Below, in pieces: positions 35,904-47,388 of a stretch of DNA of 64,000 nt. The stretch spans positions 523-64,522 of the forward strand of contig NZ_JBDTEM010000147.1 of assembly GCF_039922535.1 (NCBI RefSeq), in the 5' to 3' direction. Under the pieces are notes generated by a model. The model saw nothing but the letters and a program-made list of their open reading frames with translations, was not told the DNA's origin and searched no databases. The first letter of the stretch is position 1; each line of letters starts with the position of its first letter. Origin of the DNA: Rhodoferax sp. GTDB lineage: Bacteria > Pseudomonadota > Gammaproteobacteria > Burkholderiales > Burkholderiaceae_C. The position numbers and the translations under genes are program-made.

Positions 35904-37085
35904 TCAGTCCAGCGATGCCGCTGGGCCGAAGAATTCATAGCGGGTTTGCGCCTCGGGCACGCCCAATGCGCGCAACTGCTTTTTCACCTGGCGCATAAAG
36001 GGCTTGGGGCCCAAAAAATACGCGTCCACATCGCGCGAGGCGGGCAGCCACTGGGCCAACTGTTGCGGCTCCAGGTGGCCCACGGCATGCGGTGCGTCTT
36101 CAGAACCGCTGTGCTCGTCATAGGCATAAAAGCGCTGCAACTGCGGGTGCTTGGCCAGGCGCGCCTCGATGGCGTGGCGGAAGGCATGCACATGGCGATT
36201 GCGCGCACAGTGGATGAAGTGCACCGGCCGTGTGCCCTGCAGCGCCGCGTCCAACATCGCCAACGTGGGCGTGATGCCAACGCCGCCGCTGATCAGCACC
36301 ACGGGGCGCTCACCGGCCGCCAGCACGAATTCGCCTGCGGGCGGAAACAGCTCCAGCACATCGCCAACCTGTACCTGGTCATGCAGATGGTTCGACGCCA
36401 GGCCGCCAGCCTCGCGCTTGACGCTGATGCGGTAGTCCACACCATTGGGGGCGGCCGACAGCGAGTAGTTGCGGCGAATCTCCTGGCCGTTCACCATAAG
36501 GCGCAGGCCGATGTACTGGCCCGGCACAAATTCGGCCAGCGCGCCGCCGTCTTGCGGCTGTAGGTAGAACGAGGTGATTTCGCTGCTCTCGACCTCTTTG
36601 CGGGCCACGCGGAAGGCCCGCGCACCGCGCCAGCCGCCCGGGGCGGCAGCGGTATCGGCATAGATTTTTTCTTCGGCCCCGATCAGGATGTCGGCCAACT
36701 GGCCATAGGCCGCGCCCCATGCAGCGATGACTGTATCGGTAGCGATCTCGGCGCCCAGCACTTCGCGGATGGCGCGTAGCAGGCAGGCGCCGACCACGGG
36801 GTAGTGTTCGGGCTGGATCTGCAGCGACACATGCTTCTGGATGATCTGCGTCACCAGGCCGCCCAGCTGCTCCAGCTTATCGATATGCCGGGCGTACATC
36901 AGCACACCATTCGCCAGCGCGCGCGGCTGGTCACCGCTGGCTTGGTTCGCCTGGTTGAAAAACGGCCGTACCTCGGGGTGTTCGGCCAGCAGGATTTTGT
37001 AGAAATGCGTGGTCAGCGCCTCGCCGCCGCTCTCCAGCAGGGGCACGGTGGATTTGACGATGGCGCGTTGTTCAGGGGTCAGCAT
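35904..37085 (-). CDS. hmp: Flavohaemoglobin (NO dioxygenase)
   Basis: Globin domain (FNQANQ, IIQKHVSL, HYPVVG), FAD domain RRNYSLS and NAD domain LISGGVGITP. Confidence 0.96.
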   Translation of the reverse strand: MLTPEQRAIVKSTVPLLESGGEALTTHFYKILLAEHPEVRPFFNQANQASGDQPRALANGVLMYARHIDKLEQLGGLVTQIIQKHVSLQIQPEHYPVVGACLLRAIREVLGAEIATDTVIAAWGAAYGQLADILIGAEEKIYADTAAAPGGWRGARAFRVARKEVESSEITSFYLQPQDGGALAEFVPGQYIGLRLMVNGQEIRRNYSLSAAPNGVDYRISVKREAGGLASNHLHDQVQVGDVLELFPPAGEFVLAAGERPVVLISGGVGITPTLAMLDAALQGTRPVHFIHCARNRHVHAFRHAIEARLAKHPQLQRFYAYDEHSGSEDAPHAVGHLEPQQLAQWLPASRDVDAYFLGPKPFMRQVKKQLRALGVPEAQTRYEFFGPAASLD

Positions 37086-37136
37086 GGATGGGCTTTCAAT
37101 GAGGCTGCAGGGCGACGCTCTGCTGCACCCGGTTTA

Positions 37137-37151
37137 TCAAGATCCATGCCC
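37137..37151 (-). promoter_or_regulatory. Sigma54-like promoter for hmp (-12 variant GA)
   Basis: GG-CATGGATCTT-GA on the minus strand (GG-N10-GA instead of GC), divergent from norR. Confidence 0.5.
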
Positions 37152-37207
37152 GGCCTACGGTCTATACAAATCAAGCACTTACGCTTTTACAGTATCTAAT
37201 GGATGCA

Positions 37208-37234
37208 GTCATAATGATCTTAAAAAATATCAGA

Positions 37235-37239
<5 letters not shown>
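37208..37239. promoter_or_regulatory. Two NorR-type sites (GTCA-N3-TGAC-like)
   Basis: GTCATAATGAT (37208) and ATCAGAATGAC (37229) are 21 bp apart with one mismatch each. The second overlaps the norR ATG. Confidence 0.65.
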
Positions 37240-38785
<1,546 letters not shown>

Positions 38786-38824
38786 CATTGACACCAAACT
38801 TACAACGATTAAAAGAGAACCCCT

Positions 38825-39310
38825 ATGGATTTCCCCCTGCACCAACTCAGCATGACCGTTCTGATGAGCCCGGACATGGCCAATTTCTCCGGCAACGTGC
38901 ACGGCGGCGCGGTGCTCAAGCTGCTGGACCAGGTGGCCTACGCCTGCGCCAGCCGCTACGCCGGGCGCTACGTGGTCACGGTCAGCGTGGACCAGGTGAT
39001 GTTTTTGCAGCCCATCCACGTGGGCGAGCTGGTGACCTTTTTGGCCAGCATCAACCACGCGGGCACCTCGTCGATGGAGGTCGGCATCAAGGTGGTGGCC
39101 GAAGACATCCGCACCCACAGCGTGCGCCATGTGAACAGCTGCTTTTTCACCATGGTGGCCGTGGGCGACGACCGCAAGCCCGCGCCAGTGCCGCCATTGC
39201 TGCCCGCCACGCCCGATGAAAAACGCCGCTTCGAGCAGGCCATTCTGCGCAAAAACCTGCGCCACGAGCTGCGCAACCGGTTCAAGTCGATCAAAGAGAC
39301 TTCTGAATAA
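38825..39310 (+). CDS. HotDog-fold acyl-CoA thioesterase (YciA-like)
   Basis: NFSGNVHGGAVLKLLDQVA, VTVSVD and TSSMEVG. Confidence 0.92.
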   Translation: MDFPLHQLSMTVLMSPDMANFSGNVHGGAVLKLLDQVAYACASRYAGRYVVTVSVDQVMFLQPIHVGELVTFLASINHAGTSSMEVGIKVVAEDIRTHSVRHVNSCFFTMVAVGDDRKPAPVPPLLPATPDEKRRFEQAILRKNLRHELRNRFKSIKETSE

Positions 39311-39364
39311 AAAGTGCCTCCAGCGCAGGTATCACCTGCGCTGGCAGCTATTGTTTCAATAGCA
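39310..39364 (+). repeat. Repeat copy (near-perfect internal hairpin) between convergent genes
   Basis: AAAAGTGCCTCCAGCGCAGGT-ATC-ACCTGCGCTGG-CAGCTATTGTTTCAATAGCA. Confidence 0.9.
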
Positions 39365-39365
39365 C

Positions 39366-39920
39366 CTACCGGTCACGGTCAATGGCGGAGCCCATGTCGT
39401 CCAGCCACAGCACGCGGTCGGCGTAGCACTGCAGGTCGGCCGACAAGGTGCTCTGCGCGCCGTTGAGCCAAACCTCCTTGCGCAGGTCGGACTTAAGGTA
39501 CGAGATGGCATCTTCAAAGTCGCCATCGCCCGCCGACAAAATCACCCGGTCGTAAATGCCCTGCGCGGCCAGCTTGATCATCAGCGTGGCGATCGCCACG
39601 TCCACGCCTTTTTGCACGGTGCGGTCAAACCGCGTGCCGCAGGACGGGCACTGGTTGTGCTGGTCCTTGAGCTTGTACAGCTGCACGCGCATCTGCGGGC
39701 CCTTGGGCGGCGCGGATTTGATCCAGGTGTGGAAGGCGTTTTGCGCCTCTGCATGGGGGTCGCCGGTGGAGTTGAGGTAGTAGCTCTCGTACAGCGGGCC
39801 GCCGTTGGCCTTGACCAGCTCGTTTTTCAGCTTCAGGTAGTCAAAGCCATTGGGACGCGCACGGCCAAAGTTGTACAGGTAGGCGGCATCGACGATCCAG
39901 ACAGTCTTCATGGGGGTCAC
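39366..39920 (-). CDS. NYN domain (LabA/DUF88, PIN-like) protein
   Basis: IVDAAY, QKGVDVAIA and SAGDGDF acidic motifs, plus a CPSC insertion. Confidence 0.85.
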   Translation of the reverse strand: MTPMKTVWIVDAAYLYNFGRARPNGFDYLKLKNELVKANGGPLYESYYLNSTGDPHAEAQNAFHTWIKSAPPKGPQMRVQLYKLKDQHNQCPSCGTRFDRTVQKGVDVAIATLMIKLAAQGIYDRVILSAGDGDFEDAISYLKSDLRKEVWLNGAQSTLSADLQCYADRVLWLDDMGSAIDRDR

Positions 39921-40312
39921 GGGTTGATTTCGTAAAGTTCTAACGGCAGGCCGTCGGGGTCGGCAAAAAAAGTGAAGCGGCGGCCGGTGAATGCATCCAC
40001 CCGCACCGGCTCAACCAATACACCGTCGGCTTGCAGGCTGGCGATGTTGGCATCCAGATCTACCACCGCAAACGCCAAATGCCGCAAACCGCAAGCCTCG
40101 GGCCGGGACGGGCGTGGTGGCGGCACAGGGAACGAAAACAGCTCAATCTGCGAACCATCGGCCAGCGCCAGATCCAGCTTGTAAGACTGGCGCTCAGCCC
40201 GCAGATTCTCGGCGACCACCCGCAAACCCAGGATGCGGGTGTAAAAATCCCTCGACCGGGCGTAGTCCGAGCAGATGATGGCGGCGTGGTGGAGGCGGGC
40301 GAGGTGCAGCAT
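39917..40312 (-). CDS. VOC/glyoxalase family protein (YaeR-like)
   Basis: LHHAAIICSDY, IELFSFP, GLRHLAF and FFADPDGLPLELYE. Confidence 0.9.
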   Translation of the reverse strand: MLHLARLHHAAIICSDYARSRDFYTRILGLRVVAENLRAERQSYKLDLALADGSQIELFSFPVPPPRPSRPEACGLRHLAFAVVDLDANIASLQADGVLVEPVRVDAFTGRRFTFFADPDGLPLELYEINP

Positions 40313-40322
40313 GGGCTGGAGC

Positions 40323-41066
40323 TTACCCCGCCATGGCTTCCCGCACCGCCGCCAGTTGCCGCCGCGACACCATCAGCGGCTCGTCCAGCCCGTGCAGACG
40401 CACCGCCCAGCCTTCACCCTCCTCCGGGTCGAAATGTTTTTCCAGCGCCCGCAAGGCCCGCCGGGACACCAGCGCGTTGCGGTGGATGCGGATGAACACA
40501 CTGGCAAAGCGCTGCTCCAGCTCGCCCAAGGCACCGTCCAGGATGAAGTGCTTGGTGGCGGTGCGCACGGTGATGTATTTCAGCTCGGCCTTCAGGTACA
40601 GCACGCCCGACAGCGGCACACGCTCGGTGCGGCCCCGGTCGTGGATCACCAGCGATTCTTCAGCCAAATCGGGCTCTGGCGCAGTACGCACCTGCGCAGA
40701 GCGCTCTACTTTTTGTAGTGCCTGCTGCAAACGCTGCAGCCGTACCGGTTTGGTCAAATAGTCCAGTGCCTCCAGGTCAAACGCCTGTAGCGCGTGGCCC
40801 GCGTGCGCGGTAACGAACACCACGGCGGGGCCGCCGCCCTGGGCCCGCAGCTGCTGCGCCAGTTGCACGCCGTCCATGCCGGGCATGTGGATGTCGAGCA
40901 GCAGCAGGTCGAAGGGCTGGGTCGGCAGCAGCGCCAGGGCTTCTGCAGCGGTGCTGGCCTCAGCCGCCACCTCGGCCGCAGGCGCGGTGCAGTCGCCCAG
41001 CAAGGTGCGCAGGCGGGCCCGGGCCAGGGTTTCGTCGTCCACCAATAAAACGCGCAAGGCCTTCAT
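40323..41066 (-). CDS. algR: LytTR-family response regulator (AlgR-like)
   Basis: LLVDDETLAR, LLDIHMPG, FVTAH, DYLTKP and FIRIHRNALV. Confidence 0.85.
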   Translation of the reverse strand: MKALRVLLVDDETLARARLRTLLGDCTAPAAEVAAEASTAAEALALLPTQPFDLLLLDIHMPGMDGVQLAQQLRAQGGGPAVVFVTAHAGHALQAFDLEALDYLTKPVRLQRLQQALQKVERSAQVRTAPEPDLAEESLVIHDRGRTERVPLSGVLYLKAELKYITVRTATKHFILDGALGELEQRFASVFIRIHRNALVSRRALRALEKHFDPEEGEGWAVRLHGLDEPLMVSRRQLAAVREAMAG

Positions 41067-42097
41067 GCTGGAATCTCGATGCGGACGAGGTAGAGGCCGT
41101 CTTTCAGGCCCGCCTGGAACTGGCCTTGCATGTCGTGCAGCAGGTTCAGGCGGTCGCGCACGTTGTCCAGCGCCAAGCCATGGCCCGGGATGCCTTGGCC
41201 GCCCGGGACGGTGTTGGTGATTTTGATGACCACCGTGCCGCCCCGGCGCTCGGTGGAGATGCGCACGTCCGCGCCGCTGGCGCTGGGCTCCACGCCGTGC
41301 TTCACCGCGTTTTCTACCAGCGGCTGTAACAGCAGCGGCGGCAGCTGGGCTCCGGCAGCGCGCGGGTCCAGCGCCCAATGGATGCGCAGGCGTTCGCCAA
41401 AACGCACCTGCTCAATGGACAAATAGCGCTCGGCCAGCAGAGTCTCCGCCGCCAGCGTGACGGATTCGCCCTGGTCCACCAGCGCGTGGCGGAACAGGTC
41501 GCTCAGGTCTTCCAGCAAGGCCTCGGCCTTGGCCGGTTCGGCGCGCACCAGGGCAATGGCGCTGTTCAGCGTGTTGAACAAAAAATGCGGGCGGATGCGG
41601 GCCTGCAGCTCACCCAGCCGCGCCGTGGTGGCCGCCGGGGTGCGGGCGCGGGCGCGCAGCACCAGGCCCGCCACCACCAGCGCCGACAGCCAGGCCCCGG
41701 CCCCCGCACTGGCCAGCCAGGGCACGGGGTCCAGCAGGCCGATCAAGGCCAGCATGCCGCAGCCATACAGCCCAGCCAGCGCGCCCAGCACCACGCCGCC
41801 CAGGTTTTGCGCGTGCTGCGGCAAGCGCGCCAGCGGGCGCTTCAGGCTGCAGGCCGCCAGCAACCACACCAGCACGGCGGGCAGCGCACCGCCGGTCCAC
41901 AGCGCCAGCCGCGTCAACCAGTCCCAGGCGTTCTGCGCACCAAACACGGCCGCCACCGCCACCGCCACCTCCACAAACAGCACCGCGCGCAGGATCACCC
42001 CCGCCTGGCAGGCATCAAACACCAGCGCCGAACGGGGCGGCGGTGCGGCGGCCGCGGCCAGCGGCTGGAAGCCCGATAAAATTTGCGGTTCTTGCAT
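41063..42097 (-). CDS. LytS-type sensor kinase (AlgZ/FimS-like)
   Basis: LQARIRPHFLFNTLNS, YLSIEQVRFGERL and LQPLVENAVKHG. Confidence 0.9.
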   Translation of the reverse strand: MQEPQILSGFQPLAAAAAPPPRSALVFDACQAGVILRAVLFVEVAVAVAAVFGAQNAWDWLTRLALWTGGALPAVLVWLLAACSLKRPLARLPQHAQNLGGVVLGALAGLYGCGMLALIGLLDPVPWLASAGAGAWLSALVVAGLVLRARARTPAATTARLGELQARIRPHFLFNTLNSAIALVRAEPAKAEALLEDLSDLFRHALVDQGESVTLAAETLLAERYLSIEQVRFGERLRIHWALDPRAAGAQLPPLLLQPLVENAVKHGVEPSASGADVRISTERRGGTVVIKITNTVPGGQGIPGHGLALDNVRDRLNLLHDMQGQFQAGLKDGLYLVRIEIPA

Positions 42098-42164
42098 ACC
42101 AGCCGATTATTGGGGAAGTTGATCCCTTGCTGGTAGGCCATCTCTTCCCATTTGGTAATCCTCC

Positions 42165-43568
<1,404 letters not shown>

Positions 43569-43586
43569 AAAGCCTTACCAGACAAT

Positions 43587-43642
43587 TGCTATTAAATATA
43601 GAGCCGCTGGCGCAGGTAGATACTGCGCCAGCGGCCTTTTTT
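43587..43642 (-). repeat. Repeat copy downstream of argH (also a terminator-like hairpin)
   Basis: GCTATTAAATATAGA-GCCGCTGGCGCAG-GTAGATA-CTGCGCCAGCGGC-CTTTTTT. Confidence 0.85.
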
Positions 43643-43749
43643 ACGTGAATTTTCAGGCCCGCGAACGCCCTTGCGGTACATCAAAGGCAGCCTGCCCCGG
43701 TAGGCCGCACAATGGGGTTTCTTCAACCCGCTTTGCGCAAAGGCTCCCC

Positions 43750-44187
43750 ATGCTGAAACACATCTTGCTCGCCACCGACGGCTCGGCCGCCTCCGACCAT
43801 GCGGCCGCCATGGCGGTGGATTTGGCCCGTAACTTCGGTGCCAAATTGACGGCTCTGTATGCGGTAGACCCGTATCCGTATCTGGGTTTGGGCGAAGTCA
43901 ATTCCGAAGGGCTCAACTACTACAAGCAGGCGGCGCAAGAAGAGGCCGCATCGGCCCACGCCAAGGTCGCCGCGCTGTGCCAGCAGGGCACGCCGGTCGC
44001 CTTCACCCCCGTGGTGGTGGAAGAGAGCGACGTGGCCACCGGCATTGTGGAATACAGCCAGGCCGAAAAGGCCGACATGATCGTCTTGGGCTCGCACGGC
44101 CGCACCGGCATTGCCCGCCTGGTATTGGGCAGCATTGCCACCAAGGTCTTGGCCGCGTCCACGCTGCCGGTGCTGGTCGCCCGCTGA
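43750..44187 (+). CDS. Universal stress protein
   Basis: HILLATDGS and DMIVLGSHGRTGIARLVLGS. Confidence 0.95.
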   Translation: MLKHILLATDGSAASDHAAAMAVDLARNFGAKLTALYAVDPYPYLGLGEVNSEGLNYYKQAAQEEAASAHAKVAALCQQGTPVAFTPVVVEESDVATGIVEYSQAEKADMIVLGSHGRTGIARLVLGSIATKVLAASTLPVLVAR

Positions 44188-44229
44188 TTTAAGTTAGGCC
44201 TAAGCCCGCTTGCGCATACTGCCCACACT

Positions 44230-44889
44230 ATGCGCCTGCTGTTGGTAGAAGACGACCCCATGATCGGTGAAACCGTGCTCGACGTACTGCGCGCCGAGCA
44301 CTTTGCCGTGGACTGGGTGAAAGACGGTGCCATGGCCGACACCGCCTTGCGCACCGAGCACTACGACCTGGTGCTGCTCGACCTGGGCCTGCCCCTGCGC
44401 GACGGGCTGGACGTGCTCAAAGCCCTGCGCCAGCGCAAAGACAGCACGCCCGTGTTGGTGGTGACCGCCCGCGACGCGGTGGCCGACCGCATCAAAGGCC
44501 TGGATGCCGGGGCCGACGACTACGTACTCAAACCCTATGACATCGACGAGCTGCTGGCCCGCATCCGCGCACTGACCCGGCGCAGCACGGGCCGCGCTGA
44601 GCCGGTGCTGGAAGCCCACGGCCTGCGCCTGAACCCCGCCACCCACGAAGCCACCCGCGACGGCCAGCCCGTCACCCTGTCCAACCGCGAATGGGCCGTG
44701 CTGGAAGCGCTGATGGCCCGCCCCGGCGTGGTGTTCTCGCGCGCGCAGCTGGAAGAAAAGCTCTACAGCTGGAAAGACGACGTGAGCAGCAACGCGGTCG
44801 AGGTCTACATCCACGGCCTGCGCAAAAAGCTGGGCGCAGAGCTGATCCAGAACGTGCGCGGCCTGGGCTATGTCATGCCCAAACCATGA
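44230..44889 (+). CDS. OmpR/QseB-like response regulator
   Basis: MRLLLVEDD, LLDLGLP, GADDYVLKP and VYIHGLRKKLG. Confidence 0.94.
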   Translation: MRLLLVEDDPMIGETVLDVLRAEHFAVDWVKDGAMADTALRTEHYDLVLLDLGLPLRDGLDVLKALRQRKDSTPVLVVTARDAVADRIKGLDAGADDYVLKPYDIDELLARIRALTRRSTGRAEPVLEAHGLRLNPATHEATRDGQPVTLSNREWAVLEALMARPGVVFSRAQLEEKLYSWKDDVSSNAVEVYIHGLRKKLGAELIQNVRGLGYVMPKP

Positions 44890-46205
44890 ATTCCATCCGC
44901 CGCCGCCTGCTGGGTTCGGTGATGACGGCCATCCTGGTGGCCGCGCTGTTCCAGGCCGCATCCGCTTACCGCGGGGCCTTGCAGCAGGCCGATGAAATGT
45001 TCGACTACCACCTGCAGCAAATGGCCTTTGCGCTGCGCAACGGCGCACCCAGCCACAGCGCGCCCAAAGACCCATACGACCCGGAAGACCCCGACGATGC
45101 CGAGTACGAGGTGCAAATCTGGAGCCCTAACGGCGTGCAGCTGTTCCAGTCGCACCGCAACCGCCTGCCACCGCAGGCGGTACTGGGCTTTTCGGACGTG
45201 GAGCAAAACGGCACGCACTACCGCGTCTATTCCATCCAGACCCCGTTGCAAACCATCCAGATCGCCCAGGACCTGAGCGCCCGCCAAGCCCGCGCCCGCG
45301 CCCTGGCGGTGCGCGCGATGCTGCCCATGGCGATCATGGCCCCGCTGCTGATGGCCGCGCTGTGGTGGGCCATACGCCACGCCCTCCAGCCGCTGGAGCG
45401 CACCCGCCAGCAGGTGGCGGCCCGCGCGGTGGACGACCTGTCGCCGCTGCCCGAAGGCGACCTGCCCGACGAGGTGCTGCCGCTGGTGCGCGAGCTGAAC
45501 CTGCTGTTTGGCCGCGTGCACGCTGCCTTCCATGCCCAAAAATCCTTTGTGGCGAATGCCGCGCACGAACTGCGCAGTCCACTCACCGCCCTCAAATTGC
45601 AAGCCCAGGCGCTGGACCGCGCCCCCGACGCGCCCACGCGCAGTGTCGCCATCGCCCGTCTGCACCAGGGCATCGACCGCGCGGTGCGCCTGATGAACCA
45701 GCTGCTGGTGCTGGCCCGCCAGGAATCTGCCGCCGACACACCCGCCGAGCGCTTAAACCTGCAAGACCTGGTGCAGCTCGCGGTGGAAGAAGCACTGCCG
45801 CAAGCCCAGGCCCGCCACATCGACTTGGGGGTAGCCCCGAGCCAGCCCACCGAGGTGGCCTGGGTGATGGGCCACCCCGACGCACTGCGCATCTTGCTGC
45901 GCAACCTGCTGGACAACGCACTCAAATACACGCCCGAACAGGGCCGGGTAGATGTAGCCATCACCCGTGAGAACGGCGCACCCGTGCTGACCGTGGAAGA
46001 CTCCGGCCCCGGCATTGCGCCCGCCGATCTGGAAAAGGTGTTTGACCGCTTTTACCGCAGCGCCGAAGCCACCGCGGGCGGCAGCGGGCTGGGTCTGGCG
46101 ATTGCGCAGGCGATTGCCCAGGCGCACGGCGCGAAACTGCGGCTGGACGCATCGCCCACGCTGGGCGGGCTGCGGGTGGCGCTGGTGTTGCCAGCGCTTC
46201 CCTAG
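44886..46205 (+). CDS. QseC-like sensor histidine kinase
   Basis: NAAHELRSP, NLLDNALKY, DSGPGI and GSGLGLAI; ATGA coupling to the response regulator. Confidence 0.94.
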   Translation: MNSIRRRLLGSVMTAILVAALFQAASAYRGALQQADEMFDYHLQQMAFALRNGAPSHSAPKDPYDPEDPDDAEYEVQIWSPNGVQLFQSHRNRLPPQAVLGFSDVEQNGTHYRVYSIQTPLQTIQIAQDLSARQARARALAVRAMLPMAIMAPLLMAALWWAIRHALQPLERTRQQVAARAVDDLSPLPEGDLPDEVLPLVRELNLLFGRVHAAFHAQKSFVANAAHELRSPLTALKLQAQALDRAPDAPTRSVAIARLHQGIDRAVRLMNQLLVLARQESAADTPAERLNLQDLVQLAVEEALPQAQARHIDLGVAPSQPTEVAWVMGHPDALRILLRNLLDNALKYTPEQGRVDVAITRENGAPVLTVEDSGPGIAPADLEKVFDRFYRSAEATAGGSGLGLAIAQAIAQAHGAKLRLDASPTLGGLRVALVLPALP

Positions 46206-46225
46206 CGCTGGCAAAAAACTGGGCA

Positions 46226-46280
46226 GCTATTTAATTTATAGCTGCCTGCGCAGGCGGAATATGCGCTGGCGCCCTATTTC
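46226..46280 (-). repeat. Repeat copy between convergent genes
   Basis: GCTATTTAATTTATAGCTGCCTGCGCAGGCGGAATATGCGCTGGCGCCCTATTTC. Confidence 0.75.
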
Positions 46281-47385
46281 ACCAATTAAATCCATCCAAA
46301 TCCATGTCCCGCTGCCGGGCCTTGGCTTCGCGGCGGTAGTCCTTGACGAACTCTTTGATGCCCAGCGGATACTTGAGCCACAGGGCATCTTCCTGGAGAT
46401 TCTGGAGCTGGGCGCGCAGGCCCTTCAGGTCGCGATTCAGCACCCGGATCAGGCCCACAGGTGTCAACCTCTCAAACGGCGACACGCCACATTGCATGCG
46501 CAAGCCCATTTCGATGTCGTCGGTTTCGGCGTTCAGCTCGGCCAGTTGCTCTTTCAGCACCCGGTTGTAGTGCTTGAGCCGGTCTTCGGACAGGCCCGCC
46601 ATGGTGCTGGCGTCGATGTGCTCCAGCTCCAGTTGCAGTTCCAGCAGTTGCAGCAGGTCTTTTTTGACGTAGGCCTGGTTGACCCGCTGCATCAACTCGG
46701 TTTTGCGCGTGCGCTCGGCGACATCAGGCTCGCGGTCGGGGTGCAGGGCGCTGGCCAGTTTGCGGTAGACCTCGCGGATGGATAGACTGGTTTGCGCATC
46801 CTCCAGCTTTTGCTGCGCCTCCAGTGCTTGTTGCTTGGCGCTGGGTTTTTTGGTACGCGGGGGCGCAGTATCGGCCTGCTGGCCCAACAGTTTCGCCAGC
46901 AATTCTTCGGGTGACTGCGACGGGTTCTCGGCAAACACGTCCGGCCCGTAAACGTCTTCCATCGCCTTGTCAAAGTGGGCATCCAGTTCGGCTTCTTCGG
47001 CCAACTCGGCATCCCAGTCGGTGGGGCTGTGCTGGTTGTAAAGCGCTTTCATCGCCTCATCGCCGGTACTCTCCAGCACGTTGCGGGCGATCTCGCAGAT
47101 CACTTCCGCGGCCGTTTTGCGGTCGGCCTTGGTCAGGCCGGGCTGGCCCAGGGCCTTGTCCAACCCGTTCGCAAAAGCCACCTGCGCCGCGCGGTACTGC
47201 GCCTGCAGCGGGGCGTAGTCGCTGGCCACTTTGTGCCGGTAGCTATCGGCAGCGGTTTGCCATTGCAGCAGCAGGTCGCGCTGCTTGGCGATCTTGGCCA
47301 CCAGGGTGTTGAAGGCTTTTTGGCCCGGGCTCAGCGTGGACTGGGCTTGCGGGGGAACGATGCGAATCTGTCGGGGTGCCGTCAC
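46279..47385 (-). CDS. Coiled-coil protein with internal J-domain-like HPD motif
   Basis: IREVYRKLASALHPDRE...ELMQRVNQAY; GTG start. Confidence 0.8.
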   Translation of the reverse strand: MTAPRQIRIVPPQAQSTLSPGQKAFNTLVAKIAKQRDLLLQWQTAADSYRHKVASDYAPLQAQYRAAQVAFANGLDKALGQPGLTKADRKTAAEVICEIARNVLESTGDEAMKALYNQHSPTDWDAELAEEAELDAHFDKAMEDVYGPDVFAENPSQSPEELLAKLLGQQADTAPPRTKKPSAKQQALEAQQKLEDAQTSLSIREVYRKLASALHPDREPDVAERTRKTELMQRVNQAYVKKDLLQLLELQLELEHIDASTMAGLSEDRLKHYNRVLKEQLAELNAETDDIEMGLRMQCGVSPFERLTPVGLIRVLNRDLKGLRAQLQNLQEDALWLKYPLGIKEFVKDYRREAKARQRDMDLDGFNW

Positions 47386-47388
47386 GGG

